Positions 8,747 to 17,654 of a stretch of 64,000 nt of DNA are shown piece by piece (positions within the stretch are counted from its first letter, which is position 1; every line of letters starts with the position of its first letter). The position numbers and the translations under genes were made by a program. The notes under the pieces are model-generated. The model was given only the letters and a program-made list of their open reading frames with translations. It had not been told where the DNA came from and did not search any database. Source of the stretch: an uncultured Candidatus Rokubacteria bacterium (GTDB lineage Bacteria > Methylomirabilota > Methylomirabilia > Rokubacteriales > DASRDR01); the NCBI GenBank assembly GCA_963805625.1, contig CAWDVE010000010.1, positions 352,001-416,000 on the forward strand, written 5' to 3'.

Positions 8747-10123
8747 CGCTCTCACCGGAATGTGTAGACGAGCCGGTGTTCATGCGGCCTTGCGACGACG
8801 GGTGACGGTGCCGCGCTGGACCTTGAGCAGCAGGTACTCGTGATCCCGGTAGCCCCGGCCCCGCCGCAGCATGGCGCGGAGGTTGCCGTTGATCGCCTCG
8901 ACGATGCCGAAGGGAACCTTCTCGTGGCAGTAGTTCAGGAGGCCCTCGAGGTGGCGGGTGAGCAGGCGGCCGAGCTTCTGGAACGCCGGCAGCCGCTGCC
9001 ACCGCAGGGCGCGGAGCCAAGTGCTCAGGAAACGGCGGGCGGCGCCCTCGTAGGTGTACGTCCAGAGCTGCGCGAGTTGCTCCTTGAGCAGATAGGCCTT
9101 GGCCAAGCGACGGTTGAGGGCGAAGAGCTCGCGGAGACTCTGGCGGTCGTCGCGGTCGAGGTGCGTCCAGCTTCGCAAGAGGAGCCAGCGCTTGCCGCGC
9201 ACCAGCCCCCGCGCCGCCCGACCCTGCCGGAAGAACTCGGCCCGCCGGGTCTCGTCTACGGCCTCGCTGGCGTGACGGAGGACGTGGAACTTGTCGTAGA
9301 CCAGTCAGGCGTGGGGCAGGTGCGTCTGGAGGCTTCGCCGGAAGGGCTCCCACATGTCCACGCACACGGCCCGGATGGCCCGGCGGCGGCGGAGCGGCAG
9401 GGCCTCGGCGAAGAACCGGTCCAGCGTCTCGCGCTTGCGCTCCCGGCCCACCCAGATCGGCTCCCCCGACTCCAGGTCACTGACCACGGTGAGGAACTGG
9501 ACGTCCCGGCCCACAAAGAACTCGTCCACCCCCAGGTAGTGCAGCGGGGTCCGGGGTCGGCCAGCGGCCCACCGCCGCAGCACGCGCTTGTCCAGCCGAC
9601 GGACCGTCTCCGGCGGCAGCCCCCAGCGGGCCGCCACGCGGCTCACGGGAGCCTGCTCACACTCCTGCGCCACCGCCGCCTCAACCCGGGCCGTGTAGCG
9701 CGCCTTGCCAGCCAGCCACGGGATCCGCTCGGTTCGCACCCCACAGCGGCGACAGCGAACGCGGTGGACGTCGACCACCAGCCACACCTGCCACGTCCCC
9801 CACGGCAGGTCCCGCACTCGCCGCTCCCGCCAGCTGTGGACGTCCCGACGCGGGACCCCGCAGCCCCCGCAGCGGTAGGCCGGCGCGCCCCCAGGCTGCC
9901 GCACCCAGAGCGTCAACCTCCCGACCTCGTCGTCGGCCTCCCAGGTGGTCACCTCGTACCCCGGCAGGCGCAGGATGCGTGCTACGATCTCTTCGGGCAT
10001 CGGCTCCCTCCCGTCCGTGATGGCCAGTCACGTCAGGAGGTGTACCACTTCCCGAGCCGATGCCCTGTCTCATCTCAGCCCCCGCATTCAGTCAGGGGTC
10101 CGTACACATTCCGGTGAAGAGCG
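8747..10123 (-). mobile_element. ISL3-family insertion sequence (1377 bp)
   Basis: Terminal IRs CGCTCT(T)CACCGGAATGTGTA at 8747- and -10123, differing by one indel. 8-bp direct repeat CTTTGTTT at 8739-8746 and 10124-10131. Confidence 0.92.
8780..10000 (-). pseudogene. ISL3 transposase with one in-frame TGA at 9305-9307
   Basis: Zn finger CGGC...CRRC, LGVDEF, VCVDMWEPF, (stop)LVYDKFHV, EAINGNLR...RGRGYRD. ORFs 9305-10000 and 8780-9202 are in the same frame. Confidence 0.9.
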
Positions 10124-10158
10124 CTTTGTTTCAGTGGCCCCTTGAAGGAGGCGAAGCG

Positions 10159-10755
10159 ATGAACAAGTTCGTCAGGGTTCTCGCGGCGGCAGCCACTATG
10201 CTCCCCCTCACAGTCCCTGCGACGGGCACCGCGCAAGACGACGGACACCACCGGACCAGCCTCTCGGGGTTCGAGGAAGTGATCCCGCCGAACCTCGGCC
10301 TCGGCGCCATATTCAGCACCGGGAGCGGCCAGCTCAAGCTCAAGATCGACAAGCAGAAGCGCGAGATCGACTACGAGCTGACCTACAGCTTCCCGGACGC
10401 CGCACTCACGCCGCTCGTCGGCGCTCAATTCGTCAACCAGGCTCACCTCCACTTCGGCCAGAAGCACACCACCGGCGGCATCAACGTGTGGCTCTGCCAG
10501 TCGGCGGACAATGGGGCCCCGGCAGCCGTCTCGGCAAGCACCCCGACGTGCCCAAGCCCCTCGGGAACGGTGACCGGAACCATTCGGCCGGCGCAGGTCC
10601 TCACGCTTACCGGCCAGGGGTTCCCGGCCGGCGAGGACGGCTTCGACGCCCTTCTCGAAGCGATACGGAGCAATGCCATCTATGGGAACGTCCATACCGA
10701 CCGATTCCCCTCGGGTGAGATTCGCGGTCAGGTGGACAATCGCCAGGACGACTAG
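10159..10755 (+). CDS. Secreted CHRD-domain protein
   Basis: AAGGAGG RBS, signal peptide, LSGFEEV, QAHLHFGQ...GG, YGNVHTDRFPSGEIRGQV. Confidence 0.9.
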   Translation: MNKFVRVLAAAATMLPLTVPATGTAQDDGHHRTSLSGFEEVIPPNLGLGAIFSTGSGQLKLKIDKQKREIDYELTYSFPDAALTPLVGAQFVNQAHLHFGQKHTTGGINVWLCQSADNGAPAAVSASTPTCPSPSGTVTGTIRPAQVLTLTGQGFPAGEDGFDALLEAIRSNAIYGNVHTDRFPSGEIRGQVDNRQDD

Positions 10756-10767
10756 CCACGCCGGCAT

Positions 10768-10795
10768 GAGTTGGGGGGCGGGGGCCCCCCAACTC
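10768..10795. terminator. Perfect 12-bp GC hairpin after the CHRD gene (terminator or REP-like)
   Basis: GAGTTGGGGGGC-GGGG-GCCCCCCAACTC. Confidence 0.55.
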
Positions 10796-10829
10796 GATCA
10801 ACCGCTCCAGCAGCAAGACCAGGGATGCG

Positions 10830-11330
10830 TCCGTTCGCGCTGGAGCAGCAGGCGCAACCGGCGATCGGCGTGGGCTTCCTTGGAGGAGATCGCCATGTGA
10901 AAGGCATAGATGAGGAAGCGCTGCTCGAGCGCGCCGTTCTGACGCATGGCGGAGGTGTGGTAGTTGGACATGCCCTCGGACACGAACATCGCCGCTAGCC
11001 CCTCGGGCGCCAGTGAGGCGAGCGCGGTCTGGTCGGAGCCCCTGTAGGAGAGGCCGATGGTGCCGACCTTCCCGTCACAGTAGGACAGCGCTGCGAGCCA
11101 GTCAAGCGCGTCCTTGCCGTCCGGCCTTGGCGAAGGCGTACCACTCACCCTCGGAGTCGTAGCGCCCGCGCACATCCTGCATCGCCACCACGTAGCCGCG
11201 GCGAGCGAAGTACTTCGCCATGGCGGTGAGGTCATCGCGGACCTTGCCGTAGGGGGTGCGCTCCATCAGGACGGGGAAGGGACCGGACAGCGCCTGGCCG
11301 TCCAACGCCGGGCGGTACCATGCGCTCATG
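10830..11330 (-). pseudogene. CocE/NonD (peptidase S15-like) hydrolase N-terminal fragment, frameshifted
   Basis: PFPVLMERTPYGK, YFARRGYVVAMQDVRGRYDSEG, CDGKVGTIGLSY. Confidence 0.8.
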
Positions 11331-11514
11331 GCCGAGGAAGACGACGGCGTTCTTGACGCCACCCGCCGGCGACACGACGAGCGCTCGGACTGGCGGGGCT
11401 CGGTACCGCAGACGGCGTGGTCGGACGCAGGGTGCAACCACGTCACGAGGGGACGTCCCTGGCCAACCTCACCACACCCACGACATCTCCGGAGGGCTGG
11501 CGATCCCCCACAAT

Positions 11515-11599
11515 TTTCCAGCTCGACCAGCGGCATTGCACCTTCGTGCCTCGCGTGCTGATCGTGCCGCCGGGTTCGACGGTGGAGGTCCTGAGTTGA
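11515..11599 (+). pseudogene. Short cupredoxin-like fragment
   Basis: LDQRHCTFVPRVLIVPPGSTVEV then stop. Confidence 0.45.
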
Positions 11600-11803
11600 G
11601 GTAACGATACGTGCCCGGCACCGATCTCGGCTCGACCGCGCAACTGGATCACGGGCGGTTCACGCCGACCGAGTGGGCCTCGCCCGTGGGGTAGGGTACT
11701 CTTGTCCTGGTCGGGGCGTCGGTCGCGGCCGCGATTGAGCTCGGCCTCGGTCTCATGACGATGCCCTGGCTGATGGGCGATGGGTGAAGAACGGAGGCGT
11801 GCC

Positions 11804-12241
11804 ATGAGGGACTCGCGTGCCATCTTCGTCATAGTGCTCGGGCTCGTGCTGGCTGGAGTGGCCCTCCCGTTGGGAAGCCAGATCCCCGAAGGGCGCAAGG
11901 TCCCGGTTGCGGGAGGGGGGAGCTACACCGATGTGAGCGCCGGAGGCCTGGCGCGAATGCTGGAGAAGAAGGATTTCCCGCTGGTCAACGTCCACATCCC
12001 GTACGAGGGCGAGATCGCGGGGACGGATCTCTTCATCCCATTCGATCAGGTCGAGGGCAAGGTGGCCCAGTTGCCACCCGACAGGAGTGCGAAGCTGGTT
12101 CTCTACTGCCGTAGCGGGAGCATGAGCACGACGGCGGCCCGTGCCCTGGTCAGGCTGGGCTACACGAACGTGTGGAACCTGGACGGGGGCATGATCGCGT
12201 GGGAGCAGACGGGCCATCCGTTGCTACAGAAGAGGCGGTGA
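11804..12241 (+). CDS. Exported rhodanese-like domain protein
   Basis: GGAGG RBS, N-terminal hydrophobic segment, LVLYCRSGSMS, NLDGGMIAW. Confidence 0.9.
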   Translation: MRDSRAIFVIVLGLVLAGVALPLGSQIPEGRKVPVAGGGSYTDVSAGGLARMLEKKDFPLVNVHIPYEGEIAGTDLFIPFDQVEGKVAQLPPDRSAKLVLYCRSGSMSTTAARALVRLGYTNVWNLDGGMIAWEQTGHPLLQKRR

Positions 12242-12344
12242 GAGGGGGTGCTCCGGACGCGCCGCCGGCGTCGCGAGGCGCCACGCGGGCACCTTGTCCG
12301 ACGCGACCCGCGTGCAATGGCCCCGACGGCGGTGGCTCCTCGGA

Positions 12345-12520
12345 CCCGGGGTCCCGATGGTGGCCGTGTTCGATGCGGCCTTTCACGCGAGCATTTCTGA
12401 TTGCGCCTCGAGCTATGCGATCCCCCGCAAGCTCGCGGAACGGCACGAGATCCGCCGCTTCGGCTTCCACGGCATCTCCTATCAGTCCTCGCTCGCTCGA
12501 TACTGCGAGATGACCCAGAC
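12345..12520 (+). pseudogene. ackA: Acetate kinase internal fragment
   Basis: PMVAVFDAAFH...YAIP...IRRFGFHGISY. Confidence 0.75.
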
Positions 12521-12726
12521 GTCCTCCTCGAGAAGGAGGTGGTCGACCGGGCCGCGCTGGACCACTTACTGGGACGCCTCTCGGCGTGAGGCACGAAGAC
12601 GCGCGAATGCGAGTACGAGTCGCCGCGCCGGGGGTCCGGACGGACCTCCTGGCTCCGGTCAGGAGGGTGGCCGGTGCGGCGAGCGCTCGAGGTGACGAAG
12701 ACGCGTGAAGCAGGATCGGGGAGCGC

Positions 12727-13439
12727 GTGAACAACAAGCTGCGCAGGGCTCTCGGCCTCGGCCTCGCCACCTTTCTGCTCGCAGTCGCGGCCTGGCGCGT
12801 GGCGCTGGGTGCACCGGCCTGGCTGGCTCCGCTTCGGTTCTACACCGACCACGCATTTCTCCACGAGCGGCTCCGGGTGCTTGGATGGCTGGCTCCGGCG
12901 GCCTTCATCCTGATCCAGGCGGGGCAAGTGATCATCTCGCCGATCCCCGGAGAGGCGACGGGATTCCTGGGCGGCTACTCGGTCTGCCCCTCGGGTTCGT
13001 CTACTCGATGATCGGTCTGACCCTGGGGACGATGGCGGCGTTCGGGGTCGGGCGCTGGCTCGGCGCCTCCCTCATGGCACGCTACGTGCCAGCGCAGATC
13101 ATCGAGCGGTTCGGATTCCTCCTCGAGGCCGAAGGCGCCGTCCTGACCTTCGTCCTCTACCTGATCCCGGGGTGTCCGAAGGACATCGTCTCCTACCTTT
13201 TCGGCATGAGCCCCATGCCGGGTTGGATCTTCCTGGTGGTGTCGACCCTGGGGAGGGCCCCCGGCACCTGGATCCTGTCAGCAGAGGGCGCGCGCACTGC
13301 GACGGGCCAATACGTTCAACTCGCCTTGCTGACGGCACTGACCGCCGCGATCGCCATTCCGCTCTACTACTACCGGCACGCGATCCTAAACTGGCTCCAC
13401 CGCTCGGGGCCGCACGGGAAGCGCAAGTCGTCGCTCTGA
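12727..13439 (+). pseudogene. TVP38/TMEM64 (VTT domain) membrane protein, one frameshift near 12980
   Basis: QVIISPIPGEATGFLGGY / GFVYSMIGLTLG...YLIPGCPKDIVSYLFG; the indel may be a sequencing error. Confidence 0.8.
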
Positions 13440-13539
13440 GGGCTGACGGAGGACCACCCTATGCGCGGAGGGCGGCGGGACGACGGCGACCTGTGCGGTG
13501 CCGACGATCGCACGGAACTGACGGTGGCCCGAAGGGTCG

Positions 13540-13860
13540 AAAGCCACCTTCGGCAGCTGCCGCGATGAGCGCAGCCACCGCGCTGGGCTGCGACTCGTAG
13601 ATCGCGTGACTGCCCCGCGCCTCGACGACGGTTGCTCCGGCGCGCTTCGCCATGAGGCCTTGGGCCGCGGAGGGGATCATTCGGTCCTCGGTCGCCACCA
13701 GGTACCAGCTCGGCTTGGTCTTCCACGCGGGGGTGCTGATCGTGCCGCCGAGCGCTTCCACACCCCGGGGGACCTGCGAGTCGGCCAGGAACGCCGCGCG
13801 GTCCGCGTCCACGTCCGCCGCGAAGGACGCGTGGAACTTCGTCTTGTCGAGGGGAACTCG
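13540..13860 (-). pseudogene. Alpha/beta hydrolase C-terminal fragment
   Basis: FHASFAADV...PAWKTKPSWYLVATEDRMIP...GSHAIYESQP. Confidence 0.8.
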
Positions 13861-14086
13861 GCCGGTGGCGGATTGAGGTCGCGGTGAACGGGATCGTGGA
13901 AGGAGACCGGACGTTCGAAGTTGTTGAATGGGGCGGGACGGCCAGAGCCCGACCCTAGTGAAGCAGAACGCCTCGCCGTGTGCGAACACCGCCGGGGGCC
14001 CGGTCCAGCAACCCCGAATCGTGGAAGCGTCTCGAGCCCGGAGACCTCGCGCCGCGGATGGCGGCGCTGGAGCCGTGAGCCGCCCC

Positions 14087-14230
14087 TTAGATGGGGTTGG
14101 TGGGGTTGTCTACCTCCACAAGGGTCGGGCCGCCGGCGTACAAGATTTCCTGCTCCAGGTCCACCGCGGTCAGGACGCGTTCGATGTGAGGCGGCTCGTA
14201 GGATGGGGCGATCGGAGGGGTCTCAGCCAA
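14087..14230 (-). CDS. Putative RiPP precursor peptide B (47 aa): MAETPPIAPSYEPPHIERVLTAVDLEQEILYAGGPTLVEVDNPTNPI
   Basis: TTG start 9 nt after an AAGGAGG RBS; paralog of 14298-14432; absent from the ORF track. Confidence 0.8.
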   Translation of the reverse strand: MAETPPIAPSYEPPHIERVLTAVDLEQEILYAGGPTLVEVDNPTNPI

Positions 14231-14297
14231 GAGGGTGATCCTCCTTGGGAGCGGTCGGTACGGGAGCAGGTATCACGGCGGCGCTCGAGCTGTGAGG

Positions 14298-14432
14298 CTA
14301 GCCGAATGTGTCGACGGAGATTCCTGCATCTGCTGTTGTCCCCGCGAACAAGACTTCGCGCTCGATATCGTCGGGGGTGAGGACCTGCTCGATGCGGGGC
14401 GGCTCGTAGGGTGGGGCGCTGGTCTCGGCCAT
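14298..14432 (-). CDS. Putative RiPP precursor peptide A (44 aa): MAETSAPPYEPPRIEQVLTPDDIEREVLFAGTTADAGISVDTFG
   Basis: ATG 8 nt after a GGAGG RBS; leader shared with 14087-14230. Confidence 0.8.
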   Translation of the reverse strand: MAETSAPPYEPPRIEQVLTPDDIEREVLFAGTTADAGISVDTFG

Positions 14433-14660
14433 GCGGCGGTCCTCCGGGCGTGGGGTAACCACGGGGGCAGGCTATCACAGCGTCGCGGTTTAGGCGACGA
14501 AGGGAGGGAAGATTGATGGGCACCACCGCGGAGAAGCCGTCCCGTCGGTCTCATGAGCGCGGGCAGGGAACGCTCTACCGGCGTGGCCAGACTTGGTGGG
14601 TGCAGTACTTTGTCCATGGGCGCCGGGTGCGTGAGAGCAGCTCCCGACACTGCGGTCGCG

Positions 14661-14830
14661 TTATTGAATGACCTCGTCCGTCCGCACCAGCACCGCCGGC
14701 GGGATGGTGAGGCCGAGGGCCTTGGCGGTATTGAGGTTGATGACGAGCCCGAACTTCGTCCGCTGCTCGATGGGGAGGTCGGCCGGCTTGGCGCCCTTCA
14801 GAATCCGGTCGAAATAGATGGCCAGGAATG
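14661..14830 (-). pseudogene. C-terminal fragment of an ABC_sub_bind-type substrate-binding protein
   Basis: [51 protein letters not shown]. Confidence 0.85.
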
Positions 14831-14941
14831 GGGACGGGCTGGTCGCCCGATCTTGGGCTCCAATCGTCACGACAGATCCGCCAACACACCCGAGAGTGAG
14901 CACGGCGGCCGCCATATGTGTCAACCGTCGGATCATAAGCA

Positions 14942-14965
14942 CCTCTCAGTGACCCTCTCAGTGAC
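14942..14965. repeat. Tandem repeat CCTCTCAGTGAC x2, 12-bp period
   Basis: Exact 12-mer duplication. Confidence 0.7.
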
Positions 14966-15469
14966 GCTTCGAGGAACCGCCGCACCGCGACGGCCGGGGG
15001 CTCGAGGGGACGCCCCACCGCCGCCCCCCTCTCCGGTCACCCCTCCACCACCGAGTTGGTGTATTCGATCCAGCCGTCAACCCGCCGCAGCCAGAGGCGC
15101 ACCGGGTGCGGGGCGGCCGATCTCTGGGGCCTATCTCGGGCTCGTTAGTTGCGTCATGCCAGAGTGTCCAGTCCTCTCGTTCACGGACTGGCGTGCACCT
15201 GCCTAATGAAGGTCGGATCACTCATGGCATCCCGCACGATCTTGGACAGCACCCGGGCGCTGAACGCCATGGACACAGTCGGGACGCGAAGGCCGGCCCG
15301 CGGCGACGCTGGGGCTTCCCGCAAAGAGGGGAGTACCGGCAACGTCAGTGATCCCTCCCCGCTCCACTCGCGGCCAGATAGACCGCAGACGACCCCAACC
15401 AGGAGCACCTCGTCATCGAAGCGTGCCTGGTGGAGCCGCTGCGCTATCTCGTGCGCGACGAACGAGAAG

Positions 15470-15700
15470 TTAGGCGGCGCCTCCGAGCTTCTCGAGGTAC
15501 TTCGCGAGCTTCGGGACCTCGACGTAGTCGTCTTGGCGCCCCGGGATGGTCAAGCGGTAGCCGCGTTCGCCATCGCGCTTCCACGCCGTGATCACACCGG
15601 ACTGGTACGCTGCGATCAGCGCCGTGCGATCGGCCGTCGAGACCTCGATGGGTGCCGGAGCTACCGGGACCACGCTCTTCGTTGACTTGCGCTTCGTCAT
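15470..15700 (-). CDS. Small hypothetical protein (76 aa)
   Basis: GAGGGAG RBS; MTKRKSTKSVV...ALIAAYQSGVITAWKRDGERGYRLTIPGRQDDYVEVPKL. Confidence 0.65.
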   Translation of the reverse strand: MTKRKSTKSVVPVAPAPIEVSTADRTALIAAYQSGVITAWKRDGERGYRLTIPGRQDDYVEVPKLAKYLEKLGGAA

Positions 15701-16218
15701 GTGTTCTCCCTCGCCAGGAGCCTGGCCACCCCGAAGCAGCAAGCCACGCATCCCATCGGGGATGTGCCATCCGCCGGAGTGGCTGCAGTCGGGGTCGCCG
15801 GGCCAGCTCGACAAGTCGATCGCGGGAGGAGCCGCGTAACCGGGGTGGAGGCGGCTACGTATGCTGCGCTCAAGCCGCCGTGGGCGTGAACTGCGCAACC
15901 ATCTCGGGGCGGCCGCGGACCTCATCCGGGGACACCTCGCTGATGCTCTTAGTATACGCCATATTCGGGTCGCGGGATGGATCGCGCTGGCCTTCGTCCC
16001 GAGCGTGCCGGCGGCTCCACGAAGAATGCGAACCTGCTCCGTGGGACGACACTTTGCACGGTGAGCTGCGAGATTATGGCTGGCGCGCCCGTCAGGCGAA
16101 GCAGGGACGCCTGTCGCTCCGCTGACGTTGTGGCTGACCTTCTGAAGGCCAGATCGGGATCCATTCGGCTGCGTCGCCGTTCGATGAGCGTCCGGGGCCG
16201 CAGCGTGAGGCCCTCGAG

Positions 16219-16590
16219 TCACGGCACGCGAAGACCCGGGTTCGGGTCGGGGTTCTCCGTTCCTAGGGGTTCGAGCATCGGCGCGGGTTGACCGGGCGTC
16301 CACGTCGTCCAGCGCCCTCGGGCATCGACGCAGTCGACGAAGTTCTGCTCGATCACACTCGCCTCGGGACCCTGTGCGGAGGCCCGCACGCGCCCGAAAC
16401 GATCAACGTCGTACTGGCTGATGGTCGGCAGCGCCTCACTGCACGCCTGGGCCTTGGTGCGGAGCCCGTCCAGGCGGTCGGAAGGCGCGGACTCCATGGA
16501 CGCACAGCCCGTGAGGAGGCTGGCCACGCCGAGCAAGATCGCGCGACACAGAGGGAGCCGCTGGTTTACTGCTGAGCCGCACCACGTCAT
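16219..16590 (-). CDS. Hypothetical lipoprotein
   Basis: GGAGG RBS, lipobox LLTGC, two further Cys in the mature part. Confidence 0.65.
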   Translation of the reverse strand: MTWCGSAVNQRLPLCRAILLGVASLLTGCASMESAPSDRLDGLRTKAQACSEALPTISQYDVDRFGRVRASAQGPEASVIEQNFVDCVDARGRWTTWTPGQPAPMLEPLGTENPDPNPGLRVP

Positions 16591-16895
16591 GGGGAGTCCT
16601 CCCGAGTATCGGGTCTCAGATCATCAGCGTCGCATGCTTTTGAGGCGGACGTCCACCTCCAGGTCGTCGTTGGCGCCATCGGCGACACTCGGTGCGGGCA
16701 CACCTCGGCGCGCACGTCGCGGCACGCGTCAGCGATGGTCCCACTCGTCCCGCGCCGACACTACCAAGGACCGGCTTTTGGCGCCAGACGGCGGAGACTC
16801 GAGCCGCGTCTCACGCCACGGTCCGCTCCCCGGGGCGCGAGGTGCGGTGTGACGGTGTGCTGGCAGGACCGGTGGGTTCCGGTAGTCTAGTACGC

Positions 16896-17504
16896 GTGAC
16901 GTCTGACGCCGCCGGGCTCCTGGCCCATTGCGGCTATGGCGCCCTCTTCGTGGCCGTGGTCCTCGGGAACGTCGGCTTTCCCGTTCCCGAGGAGACGATC
17001 CTGGCCCTGGGCGGCTACCTGGCTCAACGAGGGGAGCTGCGCCTGGGCCGCTTCTGGCGATCGGCGTCGTCAGTGCGGTTACCGGAGACACCATCGGGTA
17101 CTGGCTCGGACGGCGCTACGGCCGGACGGCGGTCGAGCGCCACGGTGACTGGCTGTTCGTCACCCCGGCGCGGCTCGCGAAGGTGTCACATTTCGTCAGC
17201 CGCTACGGCGTGTGGGCCGTGTTCGGCGCGCGGTTCGTGGCCGGTCTGCACTTCCTGGACGGTCCGCTCGCCGGGGCCACTGGGCTTCGTCCGCCGGCCT
17301 TTGCATTGCAAACGTCCTGGGGCACTCCTTTTCGTGCCTTATGCCGTTGGCATGGGGTATGCGCTCGGTTACGGCTTTGGCGACGACCTCGAGCGGCTCA
17401 TCGGCCGGGCCGAGCGCAAGCACATCATCGTTGCCGCCGCGCTCATCGCGGCGCTCGCCGGGGTGAGCGCGCGGATCGTCCGCTCCCGCCGTGCCGTTCG
17501 CTGA
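16896..17504 (+). pseudogene. DedA-family membrane protein with two frameshifts
   Basis: GFPVPEETILALGGYLA / GDTIGYWLGRRYG...ARFVAGL / NVLGALLFVPY split across three frames. Confidence 0.8.
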
Positions 17505-17654
17505 CCGCACGCTGCCGACGGCGAGAGTCTCGAGCTCGTCCGGGCGCAGGTGCCGATGCCCGCGCGCTGAGTGCGGCCGCCCGGATTCGGCGGCGGCCGC
17601 CGTGGGTGCCCGGCGAGTCGGCTGGAATCACCGCCGGAGGAGCCGCGAGGGTGA

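Noticed and set aside
14087-14432. Calling the two peptides lasso precursors
   Set aside because: YxxP motif is present, but there is no Thr at -2, peptide A lacks Asp/Glu at ring positions 7-9, and no cyclase or peptidase is nearby.
14553-15206. Plus-strand ORF containing [23 protein letters not shown]
   Set aside because: Antisense reading of the substrate-binding-protein C-terminal fragment.
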